Below, one piece after another: positions 1-9,755 of a stretch of DNA of 64,000 nt. The notes under the pieces were generated by a model. It was not told the origin of the DNA and searched no databases. It was given only the letters and a program-made list of their open reading frames with translations. This stretch comes from an uncultured Gemmatimonadota bacterium (GTDB lineage: Bacteria > Gemmatimonadota > CAZMKB01). Positions within the stretch are counted from its first letter, which is position 1. Every line of letters begins with the position of its first letter. The DNA is taken from positions 3,478 through 67,477 of the forward strand of contig CAZZKG010000006.1 of assembly GCA_964654825.1 (NCBI GenBank), written 5' to 3'. The position numbers and the translations under genes were made by a program.

Positions 1-313
1 AGAAGATACTCACTCTCCGGGATATCCACTATCACGACGGAATCAGAAAAGTCCGGATTCTGTGCGATGTGAATAGAGTAGTAGGTCTCATGCCCGGGGT
101 TGGGATCGACCGCATCTTCCCAATCGAGGAGAAGCGGTAATGGCAGGGTGTCCTGGGTATCTGGTGAGATGAGGGAGAATGAATCCGGCGGGAGGTTCTC
201 GAAGGTTTCGAAGGTAAATGGGGTGAAGGGGATATCCTGCACTTGCATGTCCTCAGCGAGTACTATGGTACTGTCTGTGTAGGTGAAGTTAGCAGGGTCA
301 GTACATTGCGCCA
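1..313 (-). CDS. Hypothetical protein, partial (start codon ~311-313, continues beyond window start)
   Basis: Manual translation of the minus strand from ATG at ~313 gives >100 codons without stop (MAQCTDPANFTYTD...DWEDAVDPNPGHETYYSIHIAQNPDF...). It is absent from the ORF track, presumably because it is incomplete. No recognisable family. Confidence 0.3.
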
Positions 314-315
314 TG

Positions 316-520
316 GGATAAGGGTCCTGAAAGGTTGCAGCAGCGGAAAATCCGTGCCGGATCGGTACCGATGAGAGCGGTCTATTCACAACTGCCTGGG
401 AGAGAAAAAGCTTGGAGTTGACAAGCAAAATCCCGTTGACAAAATAGGCCGGGAACACCTCGCTCCATTCGTGAAAACCTGCGATGATTTCGAAAGGGAT
501 CCCGGTTAAGGAAGGTTTTC
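316..520. repeat. Dispersed ~100-200 bp repeat, copy 1 (paralogue at 63565-63760, ~75% identity in the 95-bp core)
   Basis: Core GGGTCCTG...CGTGCCGGATCGG...TTCACAACTGC(C/T)TGGGAGA aligns between 316-410 and 63569-63662. Weaker similarity continues to ~520 / ~63760. Confidence 0.6.
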
Positions 521-770
521 AATGAAGAAGGAGGCAGCTGTCCTCCCCAAAAATCAGTACTCAGCACCGAGGGAGAAGTAGCTCCTCCCTTTACAGGGTT
601 TTTGCTAACTCGTTGACCCCTAGGAAATTGTCAACCAGAACGAAATTTCTTAAAGCACAGCACTGCTCACGATTAGATCCAGTCCTCAGAACACCTCACT
701 CTCAGCACCCCCAACATTACCCTTGCAATTTTGCATTTGAAATGCAAATTTACATGAAAAGGAGATCCTT

Positions 771-1643
771 ATGCCAGGTAAATACTTCGAGCGAACACTA
801 GAACCGATCATAATACGCGCTGCAAAAGAGTTCCCCGCAGTCGTATTAACGGGTCCTCGTCAATCGGGGAAGACCACACTCTTGAAACATCTCTTCAGCA
901 AAGCATATCACTATATATCACTGGAACCACCTGATGTCAGCATAACTGCCACAGAGGACCCCCGTGGATTCATTGAATTGTATCCGCCACCGGTAATCTT
1001 CGATGAGATTCAATACGCACCCGATCTGCTCCCTTATATAAAGGAAAAAATTGATTCAGCACGAGATAAATCAGGGCAGTTCATTCTGACTGGGTCACAG
1101 AACCTGCTCCTAATGGAACGTGTAACCGAATCTATGGCCGGACGGACTGCTATGTTGCGTCTCATGCCGCTCTCCCGGCGAGAGGCGGAGGGCCAACCTC
1201 ATGCTCTATTGCCTTGGGGGTCGAAGAAACGAAGTGCTCCACGGAAAGCTCTTTCACACAAAAACCTCTAGAAGTCCTTCTTGCGTGGTAGCTATCCCGA
1301 GTTAACCACTCAAACTAAGCGTGACGTTACACTCTGGCATGCAAGCTACGTACAGACATATCTCGAACGTGACGCTAGGACACTTCGCCAGGTCGGAGAT
1401 TTAACTCAGTTTCAGAATTTTATTCGCGCACTGGCAGCACGAAACGCTCAGCTATTACACCTCACTGACCTGTCGCGCGATCTTGGAATCGCAGTCAATA
1501 CCGCAAAGGCCTGGATCTCCCTTCTGGAAGCCACGTACCAGATAATCATACTTCGTCCTTTCTTTGTGAACATCGGCAAGCTCAGACTTTTGCAACAAAC
1601 ATATCCGCCAAGAGCTCCTGGGCCATACGAAAAATCGGTCTGA
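771..1643 (+). pseudogene. AAA+ ATPase (AAA_14 + DUF4143 family), disrupted by in-frame TAG at 1269-1271 and C-terminally truncated
   Basis: Walker A LTGPRQSGKTTLLKHLF. ORFs 771-1271 and 1281-1643 are in the same frame, separated by one TAG. The second part carries DUF4143-like sequence (LRGSYPEL...LLHLTDLSRDLGIAVNTAKAWISLLEATY) and ends ~100 aa short of typical family length. Confidence 0.6.
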
Positions 1644-2031
1644 AATACGTCGCCAGAGTGCCCGCATATCTCGACTTCTTAAACGCCTCCATGTGCACGG
1701 ACTTATAAGAAAAATACCACATTCCTATCGTTGGCGTGTAACTGTCAGAGGAGGGATGATCATGTCAATGGTCTTGAAACTCCATCATGAAGGATATCCT
1801 GAAATCCTTATGAATCAAGCTGCTTGATAATGAAAAACTTCTGCGCATTTTGCGCATAACTTACGGAGTAAGACACTAAATAGAAAATGTTTTTCGTGAA
1901 GTGTACCACCGGGCCGGGCCGCAGTTTGAGACCTCCCCAAGGCTTCAGGGGTATGATGTGGAGCTTCCTGTTTGACTTCCCCCCTTTTTGAGATTATGTT
2001 TGATGTAACTTTTTACCATGAAGGAGTACTG

Positions 2032-2343
2032 ATGAAACAGGGACAGCCGCGAAAACTGAATATCGAGCTTGGAGAGAAGGAAGCCGAAGGGATCTATTCC
2101 AACTTCGTCCTCATCACCCACAACCCTTCCGAGTTCCTTCTGGATTTTGCCAGGGTGGTGCCCGGTGTGCAGAAGGCCAAAGTGTATGCCCGGATTCTCA
2201 TGAACCCCCAGCACGTGAAATCTCTCCATAAAGTATTAAGTGACAACATCGAGCGATTCGAAAGCAAGTTCGGGAAGATCACTCTGCATGGTCAGGAAGA
2301 CAAGAACATCGGTTTCCAGTCGGGACCGAAAACTGATGAATGA
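2032..2343 (+). CDS. DUF3467 family protein
   Basis: MKQGQPRKLNIELGEKEAEGIYSNFVLITHNPSEFLLDFARVVPGVQKAKVYARILMNPQHVKSL matches the DUF3467 pattern. AGGAG RBS lies 6 nt upstream of ATG 2032. Confidence 0.6.
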   Translation: MKQGQPRKLNIELGEKEAEGIYSNFVLITHNPSEFLLDFARVVPGVQKAKVYARILMNPQHVKSLHKVLSDNIERFESKFGKITLHGQEDKNIGFQSGPKTDE

Positions 2344-2457
2344 TCATCCGGAAATCAGACCGGGATCACGAGGACGCTCAACCGGCCTCGATGCGTCATT
2401 GTATTTATGAACAGGGCCACTAAGTGGTATTCCGGAAAATCGGGATGAGGTTACGGA

Positions 2458-4185
2458 TCAAAAACGCCTCTCGGCCTGAAACTCGAAGGCTTTTTCCGCC
2501 TGCCAGCTCTCGAAATCGAAACCGGAAACATAGGTACTCTGTCTCACATTGGTCCTCAGCATCTTGCACCGCAACGTGTAATTCTTTCCCAGAGTTTTTT
2601 TAAAAACGAGCTGACATCTCTCCCCCTCACCCGACAGCTTCAACACGTGTGACCTCCCGGGAAGACCGCTCTCCACGATGTACAGTGAACCACCCTCGCT
2701 TGACCGGTAAGACGTGAACCTGATCCTGATTTCGATCCCGGCCGGCAGGGGTGATTTTACCTCCACGTACAGAAGCGAAGAACGCCATTTTTTTTTCGTC
2801 TCATTTTCCGTTTCATCCCCGACCTGAATCTGCGCCCTGGTCTTCAGGATGACGTTCGATGCGGGTCTCAGGATCCAATCCCACCGAATTTTCCAGCGAC
2901 TCTCCCGGTCACCTTCTCCTCGACTTGAATCCAGTTCACGCCCAGCCACCGAACAGATCATCGTGATCTTCCTCGCTGGCCTTGTTTTAACACATGCCGC
3001 CACTTCATCGAACCTAGCGTGGTGCGAGCCGGCCTCCGGGAAGAGCTGTCTTCCAAAATCCCGGTAGATACTGAATTCGATTTTTCCGCCTTTCCCTGCT
3101 ACCAGACCGAAATAGGCCGCTTCAAGATTTCCGATACCCGATCCACCGAGTGACATGTCAAAACCGAACGGAGCGAAGTAGTCGTGTGACAGGCGCCGAT
3201 AGAGAAATACAAACGCGGTACTCCCGTGACTTTTCTCCAGACCGGTAAGAACACCGTTGCCGGTGCCGGATTTCTTTGCGATCTCGGTGAACCAGCGCAG
3301 CTGACGCAGCAATGTGACTTCACTCATTCCGGCGACATAGGAGCAGCCCTTTCCGGTTGTGAGAAACGAACCCCGGATCCGGATTTTCTCCCGGGGACGC
3401 AGACCGAAATCGAAAGAACTCACCCGCCCCGGGTCGGTCCCTGCATCGTTCGAACCGTGTGTGAAATTCACGTCGAAGGAATCTCTCGAAAGGCTTACCG
3501 CCCCTCCCCTCAGGATCCTGTTGTCACTTGTACCGGTAGTACCCCTAACACTTCTCCCGGAGAACGGATAGACCACGGGATTCTCAGGAGACCTCAGGCT
3601 GCCGAAAGCCGACCAGGCGAGGAGCCCCTGCCCGAGTGACAGGTAGAGATCACCCGCCGTCACCGAGAGATCGGCGGAGAACGGGGGAGTCATCCGGATG
3701 TACCCGGCGGTAATTTTCTTCTGCTGGTACTTCTTTGTTACCTTGAACGCAGTCCTGAACCGACTTCCCGATCCGCTCAATCTCATTCTGAGATCGCCTC
3801 TCCCGGCCACTCTCCTGGTGTCGATTCTCGCCAGGAATTTATTTTCGGGTTCAATCTTCACGCAGGGAACAATCTCCCGGTACAGGAACTCGTTCATCCC
3901 TTCCACCTTTTTGAGCTGAGAGAGTTTTGTGAATTTTCCCCTCGTTTCTCTGAACCTGATGATCCTCCCGGCAAGGATCGAATCGATCCAAGGGATCAGG
4001 AGAAGATCTCCGGCTGTCGCTCTGTTCAATGAGACGGGATCTGTTTTCAGGTCCTCGAGTCTCTCCCAGACATCCACTCCGTTCTCCTCCGTGAGATCCT
4101 CGAGGTATCCGGAGATATCCTCCTGGGCACAGAGACCTGATATGACAAAGACGAGTAGAAGGGCAAGTAGAGCCGGTGTGCGCAT
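2458..4185 (-). CDS. Secreted helix-hairpin-helix (ComEA-like) domain protein with large C-terminal domain ending in Phe (possible outer-membrane beta-barrel)
   Basis: Signal peptide MRTPALLALLLVFVISGLCAQ. HhH region NRATAGDLLLIPWIDSILAGRIIRFRETRGKFTKLSQLKKVEGM. 1-nt overlap with the upstream gene. C-terminal ...ERRF. Confidence 0.45.
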   Translation of the reverse strand: MRTPALLALLLVFVISGLCAQEDISGYLEDLTEENGVDVWERLEDLKTDPVSLNRATAGDLLLIPWIDSILAGRIIRFRETRGKFTKLSQLKKVEGMNEFLYREIVPCVKIEPENKFLARIDTRRVAGRGDLRMRLSGSGSRFRTAFKVTKKYQQKKITAGYIRMTPPFSADLSVTAGDLYLSLGQGLLAWSAFGSLRSPENPVVYPFSGRSVRGTTGTSDNRILRGGAVSLSRDSFDVNFTHGSNDAGTDPGRVSSFDFGLRPREKIRIRGSFLTTGKGCSYVAGMSEVTLLRQLRWFTEIAKKSGTGNGVLTGLEKSHGSTAFVFLYRRLSHDYFAPFGFDMSLGGSGIGNLEAAYFGLVAGKGGKIEFSIYRDFGRQLFPEAGSHHARFDEVAACVKTRPARKITMICSVAGRELDSSRGEGDRESRWKIRWDWILRPASNVILKTRAQIQVGDETENETKKKWRSSLLYVEVKSPLPAGIEIRIRFTSYRSSEGGSLYIVESGLPGRSHVLKLSGEGERCQLVFKKTLGKNYTLRCKMLRTNVRQSTYVSGFDFESWQAEKAFEFQAERRF

Positions 4186-5048
4186 CAGTTCAAAGAAGGT
4201 GTGAAGCTGATGGAGATCGACCTCGTCTGGCCCAGATCCGAATGTTCTTCGACACCGAGATCAATCTGGAAAAATGATATCCGGATCCCCAATCCGACTG
4301 AAAAGAGGGAAGGGTCCTTTCCCATACCCACGCGAACAGAGCCCCCCCGCCACAACTCTGTCTCAACCCCAAGACAGAACTCGGGAGGATACCTGCTGCT
4401 CTCCTTCATCTCGAACAGGATGATCGTCATGGTGCTCGGAATCCTGAGCGATGCAGACAATGCCGTCACCGGTCTCACCTCCTCTTTGATAGAATCACCG
4501 AACCTCACGATGTCTCTGAGAACAGCACCGAGAACGATCGGTCCCCGATCCCTCTCACCGTAACAGAATCCGAAGGACAGCGATCCAAAGGATTTCCTGC
4601 CGAGGTTTTCGATCGCCACGCTGTTCAGGGAGAGAGAGCCACCCAGCAGAAAAAACCCGGTTTTCCTTCCTATGCTGCATGAGACTTCTTCCTCCCGGTA
4701 AAGATCATTACCAAACCGTGAGAATCCGCCCCCGATCCCGACCGACTCCCATTCCAGGGATCCCCAAAAAACGATCGAGAGAAGACCGGGGACACTGTAA
4801 GGTTGCGTACTCGCTCCGGACAGGGTCAGTTTACCCGCACCCGCGGCCTGAGCCGGGTTGCTTCTCCCCAGAAACCCCGGTCCGGGGAGGAGGACGGAAC
4901 ACCGCCCGAGACCCGTTGAAGCGGCACCAGCATCTCTCACCTCGAAGAGGGGAAGCGGGTATGCGGGGAGGATCCGGGAATTGACCATGATGATGAGGAG
5001 CAGGAATGTCCTGGCTGCTATAGCACCGGTACGCATCGGGATACTCAA
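4185..5048 (-). CDS. Putative outer-membrane protein encoded immediately downstream of the T9SS-CTD cargo gene (candidate PorP/SprF-like partner)
   Basis: N-terminal signal-like hydrophobic segment. Gly/Ser-rich alternating pattern typical of beta-barrels. Operon position. No PorP signature motif was recognised, so family assignment is inference. Confidence 0.3.
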   Translation of the reverse strand: MSIPMRTGAIAARTFLLLIIMVNSRILPAYPLPLFEVRDAGAASTGLGRCSVLLPGPGFLGRSNPAQAAGAGKLTLSGASTQPYSVPGLLSIVFWGSLEWESVGIGGGFSRFGNDLYREEEVSCSIGRKTGFFLLGGSLSLNSVAIENLGRKSFGSLSFGFCYGERDRGPIVLGAVLRDIVRFGDSIKEEVRPVTALSASLRIPSTMTIILFEMKESSRYPPEFCLGVETELWRGGSVRVGMGKDPSLFSVGLGIRISFFQIDLGVEEHSDLGQTRSISISFTPSLN

Positions 5049-5051
5049 AAC

Positions 5052-6878
5052 TCAAAAACGGGGGGCAACGACGACTGTTTTTTTCAAAAGAATTCTCTCC
5101 CTGGACACTTCTTCCTGACAGTCGAGGAGGAGGATGTACAAACCCGCAGGGAGGACAATTCCGTCTTTGGATCTCCCGTCCCACAGAAATGAACCTTCCC
5201 CGGAAGCCCTGACCCCTTTTATCACCGTGGCCACTTCGACACCTGCCATATTGAATATCCTGAGGGAGAAAGACGCAGAGAGAAACGGCACCCGGTATGA
5301 TATATAGACCCGGTCACTCTTACCATCACCGTTGGGAGTGATAACAGAGGGGTACACCGTCAGGCCCCTTCCCTCCGGAATACTTTCCAGAGCGACGCTG
5401 TTTCCCCTCCCCGGCGTCTTCCCGCTTTCATCGAGTGAGAGTGCCCAGTTAGAGGGGATAAGAGAGTGGACACCGGCACTGACCCTCTCCCATGACACGC
5501 CAACACCATCGGCCGGCGCCACTCCATATCCCACTGAATCCACCATCGTACCCCACCGATCACGGAGTACGACCGAATCTCCACTACGGTTGAAGACCGG
5601 GAACGACACAACCTCCACGACCCTGAAGGGAGGGACCGTTCCGTTGTACTTGAGAAACTCATCCCGGTTGCCGGTCAGGACCAGGCACGCATACCCCGGG
5701 ATATAGATCTCCCCTTCCGGGAACTGTGCACTGTTTTCCCCCTCATCCGCCAGCTGCCACCCGCTTATCCTGACGAGATCCGGTCCACTGTTTATGATCT
5801 CGATCCACTGTGGTTCATCACCCGATCTCCAGGCATAGATCTCATTGATCACGACGGCGGTAAGTGAAATCCCAACTCTGATGCTCGTTTTCGCGGTATC
5901 GTTGTCCCCGTAAAAGTCTCCGGCAGCGTTGACATAGGCAACGAGAGAATACAACCCGGCTCTGTTACTCGACCACCCGGTCTTCACCAGGACACTCTCG
6001 CCGGAAGCGACCCCTCCCTGCACATCGACGACTCGAAACGGTGAGAGCCCGTCGAGGTCTGCTCGAAACCCCTCGGTGGCGTAATACTCCACTGAGAGGA
6101 CAGGCAGGTTTTCACGCCCGAACCCGGCTACTGTGCAGGAGAGCTCGACCTCCTCCCCCACGTCGATCGACTGTTTCGTCGGATAAAGCTTTTGATCGAT
6201 CAGCATCGCATCCACACTGCGGTTCTGACTGTTCGCCGCGCCGGGAGTAGCCCCGGCGGAAGAGATACAGCCACCCCAGTTGGAAGGTGAATCGGGGAGA
6301 CCGGGATCCAGACGCTCGAGAGATATGCCGTCGCCGGGATCACCGGGAAAACCGTCGTCTTCGTCAGGAGTGCCGAATGTATCGACCACCCTCTCGTCGG
6401 CATCCAGGAGAAGAAGCGGATCGGTGGTCGAAAGGCCGTCTCCGAGAGTTGTGTTTGCCACGGTGAGTACCAGCGTGGACTCAGGCACAGTGAAGGGAAA
6501 CGGGGGTCCGGAATCGGTCACCTCGGGATCGACGATCAGGGCAAAACAATCCGGGGGAAGAAGTGTCGTCCCGAAAAGCACCCCATCCCACGGAAGATCC
6601 GGATCTTCCCAAGCTCTTAGCTCATCTCTCGCATCCCCGTCATCGATGAACCAGCCCCAAAGATCCACGGCTTCTTCGGAATCATTGAGGATTTCGATGA
6701 ACTCGAACCGGTCGCCGCCCGAACCACTTCCTGAGTCCTGGCCGGGGGCGTTCGCGAGCACTTCGTTTATCACCACCGTACCGGCGATGCATTCCCCGGA
6801 TGCCAGGAGAGGGAGCATCGTCAGAATGAAACCTCTCAGCCATTTTTGTGATGTGGTCTTCGACAATCTCACAATCAA
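5052..6878 (-). CDS. Secreted protein with two lamin-tail domains (LTD) and a T9SS type-B / FlgD-Ig-like C-terminal sorting domain
   Basis: LTD motifs VVINEVLANAPG...RFEFIEILN and AVVINEIYAW...QWIEIINSG. C-terminus VYPSVITPNGDGKSDRVYISY...IFNMAGVEVATV...WDGRSKDGIVLPAGLYILLL has the TPNGDGxND...WDG...G.Y pattern of T9SS type-B CTDs. Confidence 0.6.
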   Translation of the reverse strand: MIVRLSKTTSQKWLRGFILTMLPLLASGECIAGTVVINEVLANAPGQDSGSGSGGDRFEFIEILNDSEEAVDLWGWFIDDGDARDELRAWEDPDLPWDGVLFGTTLLPPDCFALIVDPEVTDSGPPFPFTVPESTLVLTVANTTLGDGLSTTDPLLLLDADERVVDTFGTPDEDDGFPGDPGDGISLERLDPGLPDSPSNWGGCISSAGATPGAANSQNRSVDAMLIDQKLYPTKQSIDVGEEVELSCTVAGFGRENLPVLSVEYYATEGFRADLDGLSPFRVVDVQGGVASGESVLVKTGWSSNRAGLYSLVAYVNAAGDFYGDNDTAKTSIRVGISLTAVVINEIYAWRSGDEPQWIEIINSGPDLVRISGWQLADEGENSAQFPEGEIYIPGYACLVLTGNRDEFLKYNGTVPPFRVVEVVSFPVFNRSGDSVVLRDRWGTMVDSVGYGVAPADGVGVSWERVSAGVHSLIPSNWALSLDESGKTPGRGNSVALESIPEGRGLTVYPSVITPNGDGKSDRVYISYRVPFLSASFSLRIFNMAGVEVATVIKGVRASGEGSFLWDGRSKDGIVLPAGLYILLLDCQEEVSRERILLKKTVVVAPRF

Positions 6879-7153
6879 CCCCTGAGTGTGGGTGGCAATA
6901 CGGCTTCTTCAGGCAAGGGGCATGCCGGAGTAGAAGAAAATGTCCGGGGGCGTATGCTCTTACATGACAATCGTTTAAATAATTCGAAAACTTGAGCTTC
7001 TAAGGCGGTAGGTATCGAATTGTACGAGGGATGCCGGGACACAGGTGGAAGTCGTTGCCGTTCACCCGATCACCCATCGGAAAGAACCGACGACCTTTCG
7101 TCGGAAGCTCCGAATTCCTTTCGCCGGGGGATTCGCGACCTGATGCAGGGATG

Positions 7154-7182
7154 TTGACACGATCTCCCCTCACCCGTATAAT
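7154..7182 (+). promoter_or_regulatory. Consensus sigma70-type promoter TTGACA-N17-TATAAT
   Basis: TTGACA at 7154-7159, 17-nt spacer, TATAAT at 7177-7182, directly upstream of the 7247 CDS. Confidence 0.6.
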
Positions 7183-7246
7183 CTGAGTGAGAGAAGGGGA
7201 ATCCTATCACATAGTTTCACCTGGCGAAGTTTCGGATCATCTTCAC

Positions 7247-7777
7247 ATGGCTCTACCAGGAAAGAAGTTTTCGTATTACAGAAACCTCTCGAGGGCCCAG
7301 CAGCGGATCTACGACAGGAGCGATGCGATCGAGACTATATCTCTGTCGCATGCCGAACGCTACCCCCGTGTCATCAAAGACTTGAGGTCCTCGCTCGAGC
7401 GCGATAGCCTGTCAGAGACGAAACAGGCGGTCGAGCGGCTTGTCAGGGGTCTCTGCCAGGATTTCAGGGTGCCGCAGCTCGCTGTGAAGGTTCTCGCCCG
7501 CCGACCGTCGGGGAGCTGGGGTGAGATGCATGGCCTCTACGAACCGGAAGAACGAAGATCTGACGTTCTGACCGTCTGGATGCGCACCGCGAAGAGGAAA
7601 CAGCCTGTCGCCTTCCGGACTTTTCTGAGAACAGTCATCCACGAGTTCATTCACCACCTCGATTTCGCGCACTTCAAACTTCCGGATTCGTTCCACACCG
7701 AGGGCTTCTTCAAACGGGAATCCAGCCTGCTCAAGCAGCTGCTCGGGGAAGAGAAGCAATCAGCCGGGGGGAGTTGA
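7247..7777 (+). CDS. MtfA-like (peptidase M90-like) zinc-dependent protein with HEFxHxLD motif
   Basis: Motif VIHEFIHHLDF resembles MtfA HEFAHKLD. The track ORF starts at a GTG inside the promoter -10/TSS region, so the first ATG (MALPGKK) downstream of the TSS is preferred. Confidence 0.35.
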   Translation: MALPGKKFSYYRNLSRAQQRIYDRSDAIETISLSHAERYPRVIKDLRSSLERDSLSETKQAVERLVRGLCQDFRVPQLAVKVLARRPSGSWGEMHGLYEPEERRSDVLTVWMRTAKRKQPVAFRTFLRTVIHEFIHHLDFAHFKLPDSFHTEGFFKRESSLLKQLLGEEKQSAGGS

Positions 7778-7902
7778 TCGATTTTCAGTCATTGATGCTT
7801 CTTCATCTGTTGATCGCCCCCCCTGATCAGCTGCAATTGGACCGACCGTTCGATCACGTGCACTCACTTCGAGATGTGCCGCACTCAAAGAGCAGATTAT
7901 TC

Positions 7903-7931
7903 TTGACAAACACATAATATTGTGGTAGCAT
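7903..7931 (+). promoter_or_regulatory. Putative sigma70-type promoter TTGACA-N17-TAGCAT
   Basis: TTGACA 7903-7908, 17-nt spacer, TAGCAT 7926-7931, ~55 nt upstream of ATG 7988. Confidence 0.3.
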
Positions 7932-7987
7932 AAAACAAAGGGATCGACAACATACCATCCCGCCATCTCCTCCTCCGGAGGTCCTCG

Positions 7988-9730
7988 ATGGACAGAAAAA
8001 CAACCTCCCTGCTTCTCCTAATCACACTCGTCATCTTCTTCGCCATCTCCTCCACCGAGAGCCGGAAGATCATCGAAGATGAATCCGGAACGAGTGCCGA
8101 CGCGGCCCTCTACCTCGGGCCCGGGGAGGGCACACCGGTTCTCGAAGGTTCATCGTTCGGCTCCTGTGATATCGCCAGGGATGACTGCGGTTCAATTACT
8201 CCGCACCCTTCTTCAGGTTATATCGCTGATGGTGCATACAATGCCATAGATGAAACCATCTTCTTTGTAAGCGTTCCCGGGACAGCTGAGGGAGTGTTCC
8301 AGTTCGATCCCCTCACCTGTACGATCGTCTCCGGAACATTCTACAGCATCAACTCCGGATTGTCGCAGCGAGGAATCGCCTTCGATCCGTCCAGGTACCA
8401 GTTCTGGGCGGGCGGTTGGATAGACTACTACATGAATCAACACGACGCAGCACCTCCTTATCCCAACATCTCATACAACTATGTTGGAATCGCAATAGCT
8501 TCCGGAGCGATAGACCCGGCGAACGATTACCTCTTCATCGGAACGAACAGCTCGTATGACATGGTATACGCCTATGACATCTCCACCGGTTCTCTCGGTG
8601 AACTTCTCGGTTCCTGGATCGTCCCATGGCAGCAGGGATGGGATGGCTGGGACATGGCCGGCATGGCCTTCGACGATGACAGCGGCCAGCTCCTCATTGT
8701 CAACCAGTATCTCGGCGGACCCGGCGAGGCGATGGAGGAATTCGATTTCGACATCGAGACCGGACTCACTCCCGCCGGATTCTGCACGCTCGACAATACG
8801 ACGTATGCCTGGGGGATAGGACTCATAGAAGACGGGGATCCCGCTCCCGGCACCTTTTCGGCATTCGTCACCGACGTCTGGCCTCTCTATGATCCGCCGT
8901 TCGATATCGATGAGTACGGTGAGCCCGATGTCGATCCACCCTACGAACTCGTGTGCACAATCGCCGGATTCGGGGTCGAGCTCACCTGGATAAACGGGGA
9001 AGAATACGACGAAGTGAACATCTCGAGAGATGGAGATCTTGTCGCCATTCTCCCGGGCGATGCCGCCTATTATCTCGATGCCGGCCCCGGTGCCGGCTTT
9101 CACACATACAGCGTCGTGGGTGAAACCGTCCAGGGGGAGAGCCCTGAAACCACCTGCGATGTCCTCGTATACCCGGGTCCAAAACAGACCTGCTTCGATT
9201 TCGAGCTCCTCGACGGCGGCTGGGCGCCGGGAGGAGTCGCCGACTGGGAGTGGGGATGGCCGAGCTATCAACTGGACGGCAAGGCGTGGGAGACCAACAT
9301 CGGAGAAAGGTATTTCAACGACTCCTGCGGATGGCTTGATTCACCTCCCTTTCAGCTCGGGCCGTCGGGAGGATGGCTCGTGTTCGACGTGTACACCTAC
9401 GTGGAGTGCTACTGGGACGGCTGGAATGTCCAGATCTCAACGGACGGCGGCACACAGTGGTCTGTCATCGAACCGCTCCACGGGTACAACCAGGGAGTGC
9501 CGGAAGGAGCATGCAGGGAAGGTCTGGGCGGCGACACGTCCTGCGGTTACCGTGAAGTGGAAACGTGGGAGTTCGATCTGAGCGATTATCCCGACGAGAC
9601 GATCAGGATCAGATTCCTCATTGAATCCGATCAGAGCATCGCCTACACCGGGGTGATCATCGACAACCTCTGCGTCTATGGAATCGCCGGGCCCGAAAGG
9701 TATCATAAGGAAGCCGTGCCGGGACTTTAG
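7988..9730 (+). CDS. Secreted protein with Fn3-like and C-terminal MAM/'choice-of-anchor'-like beta-sandwich region
   Basis: Signal peptide MDRKTTSLLLLITLVIFFAISS. Fn3-like segment PYELVCTIAGFGVELTWINGEEYDEVNISRDG. Trp/Gly-rich C-terminal ~180 aa (WEWGWPSYQLDGKAWETN...GWNVQISTDGGTQWSV). Stop is TAG. Confidence 0.4.
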   Translation: MDRKTTSLLLLITLVIFFAISSTESRKIIEDESGTSADAALYLGPGEGTPVLEGSSFGSCDIARDDCGSITPHPSSGYIADGAYNAIDETIFFVSVPGTAEGVFQFDPLTCTIVSGTFYSINSGLSQRGIAFDPSRYQFWAGGWIDYYMNQHDAAPPYPNISYNYVGIAIASGAIDPANDYLFIGTNSSYDMVYAYDISTGSLGELLGSWIVPWQQGWDGWDMAGMAFDDDSGQLLIVNQYLGGPGEAMEEFDFDIETGLTPAGFCTLDNTTYAWGIGLIEDGDPAPGTFSAFVTDVWPLYDPPFDIDEYGEPDVDPPYELVCTIAGFGVELTWINGEEYDEVNISRDGDLVAILPGDAAYYLDAGPGAGFHTYSVVGETVQGESPETTCDVLVYPGPKQTCFDFELLDGGWAPGGVADWEWGWPSYQLDGKAWETNIGERYFNDSCGWLDSPPFQLGPSGGWLVFDVYTYVECYWDGWNVQISTDGGTQWSVIEPLHGYNQGVPEGACREGLGGDTSCGYREVETWEFDLSDYPDETIRIRFLIESDQSIAYTGVIIDNLCVYGIAGPERYHKEAVPGL

Positions 9731-9755
9731 GGGGGTGATCGCATTGACTCGAGGA

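Noticed and set aside
100-313. Transposase N-terminus next to repeat copy 1 (by analogy with copy 2)
   Set aside because: Manual translation of the minus strand at 1-313 gives a protein unrelated to the MKTTLQPLQLL... transposase.
4185-5048. Confident PorP/SprF assignment for the 287-aa protein
   Set aside because: I could not recognise the family's signature motifs by eye and it lacks a C-terminal aromatic residue. Kept only as a positional hypothesis.
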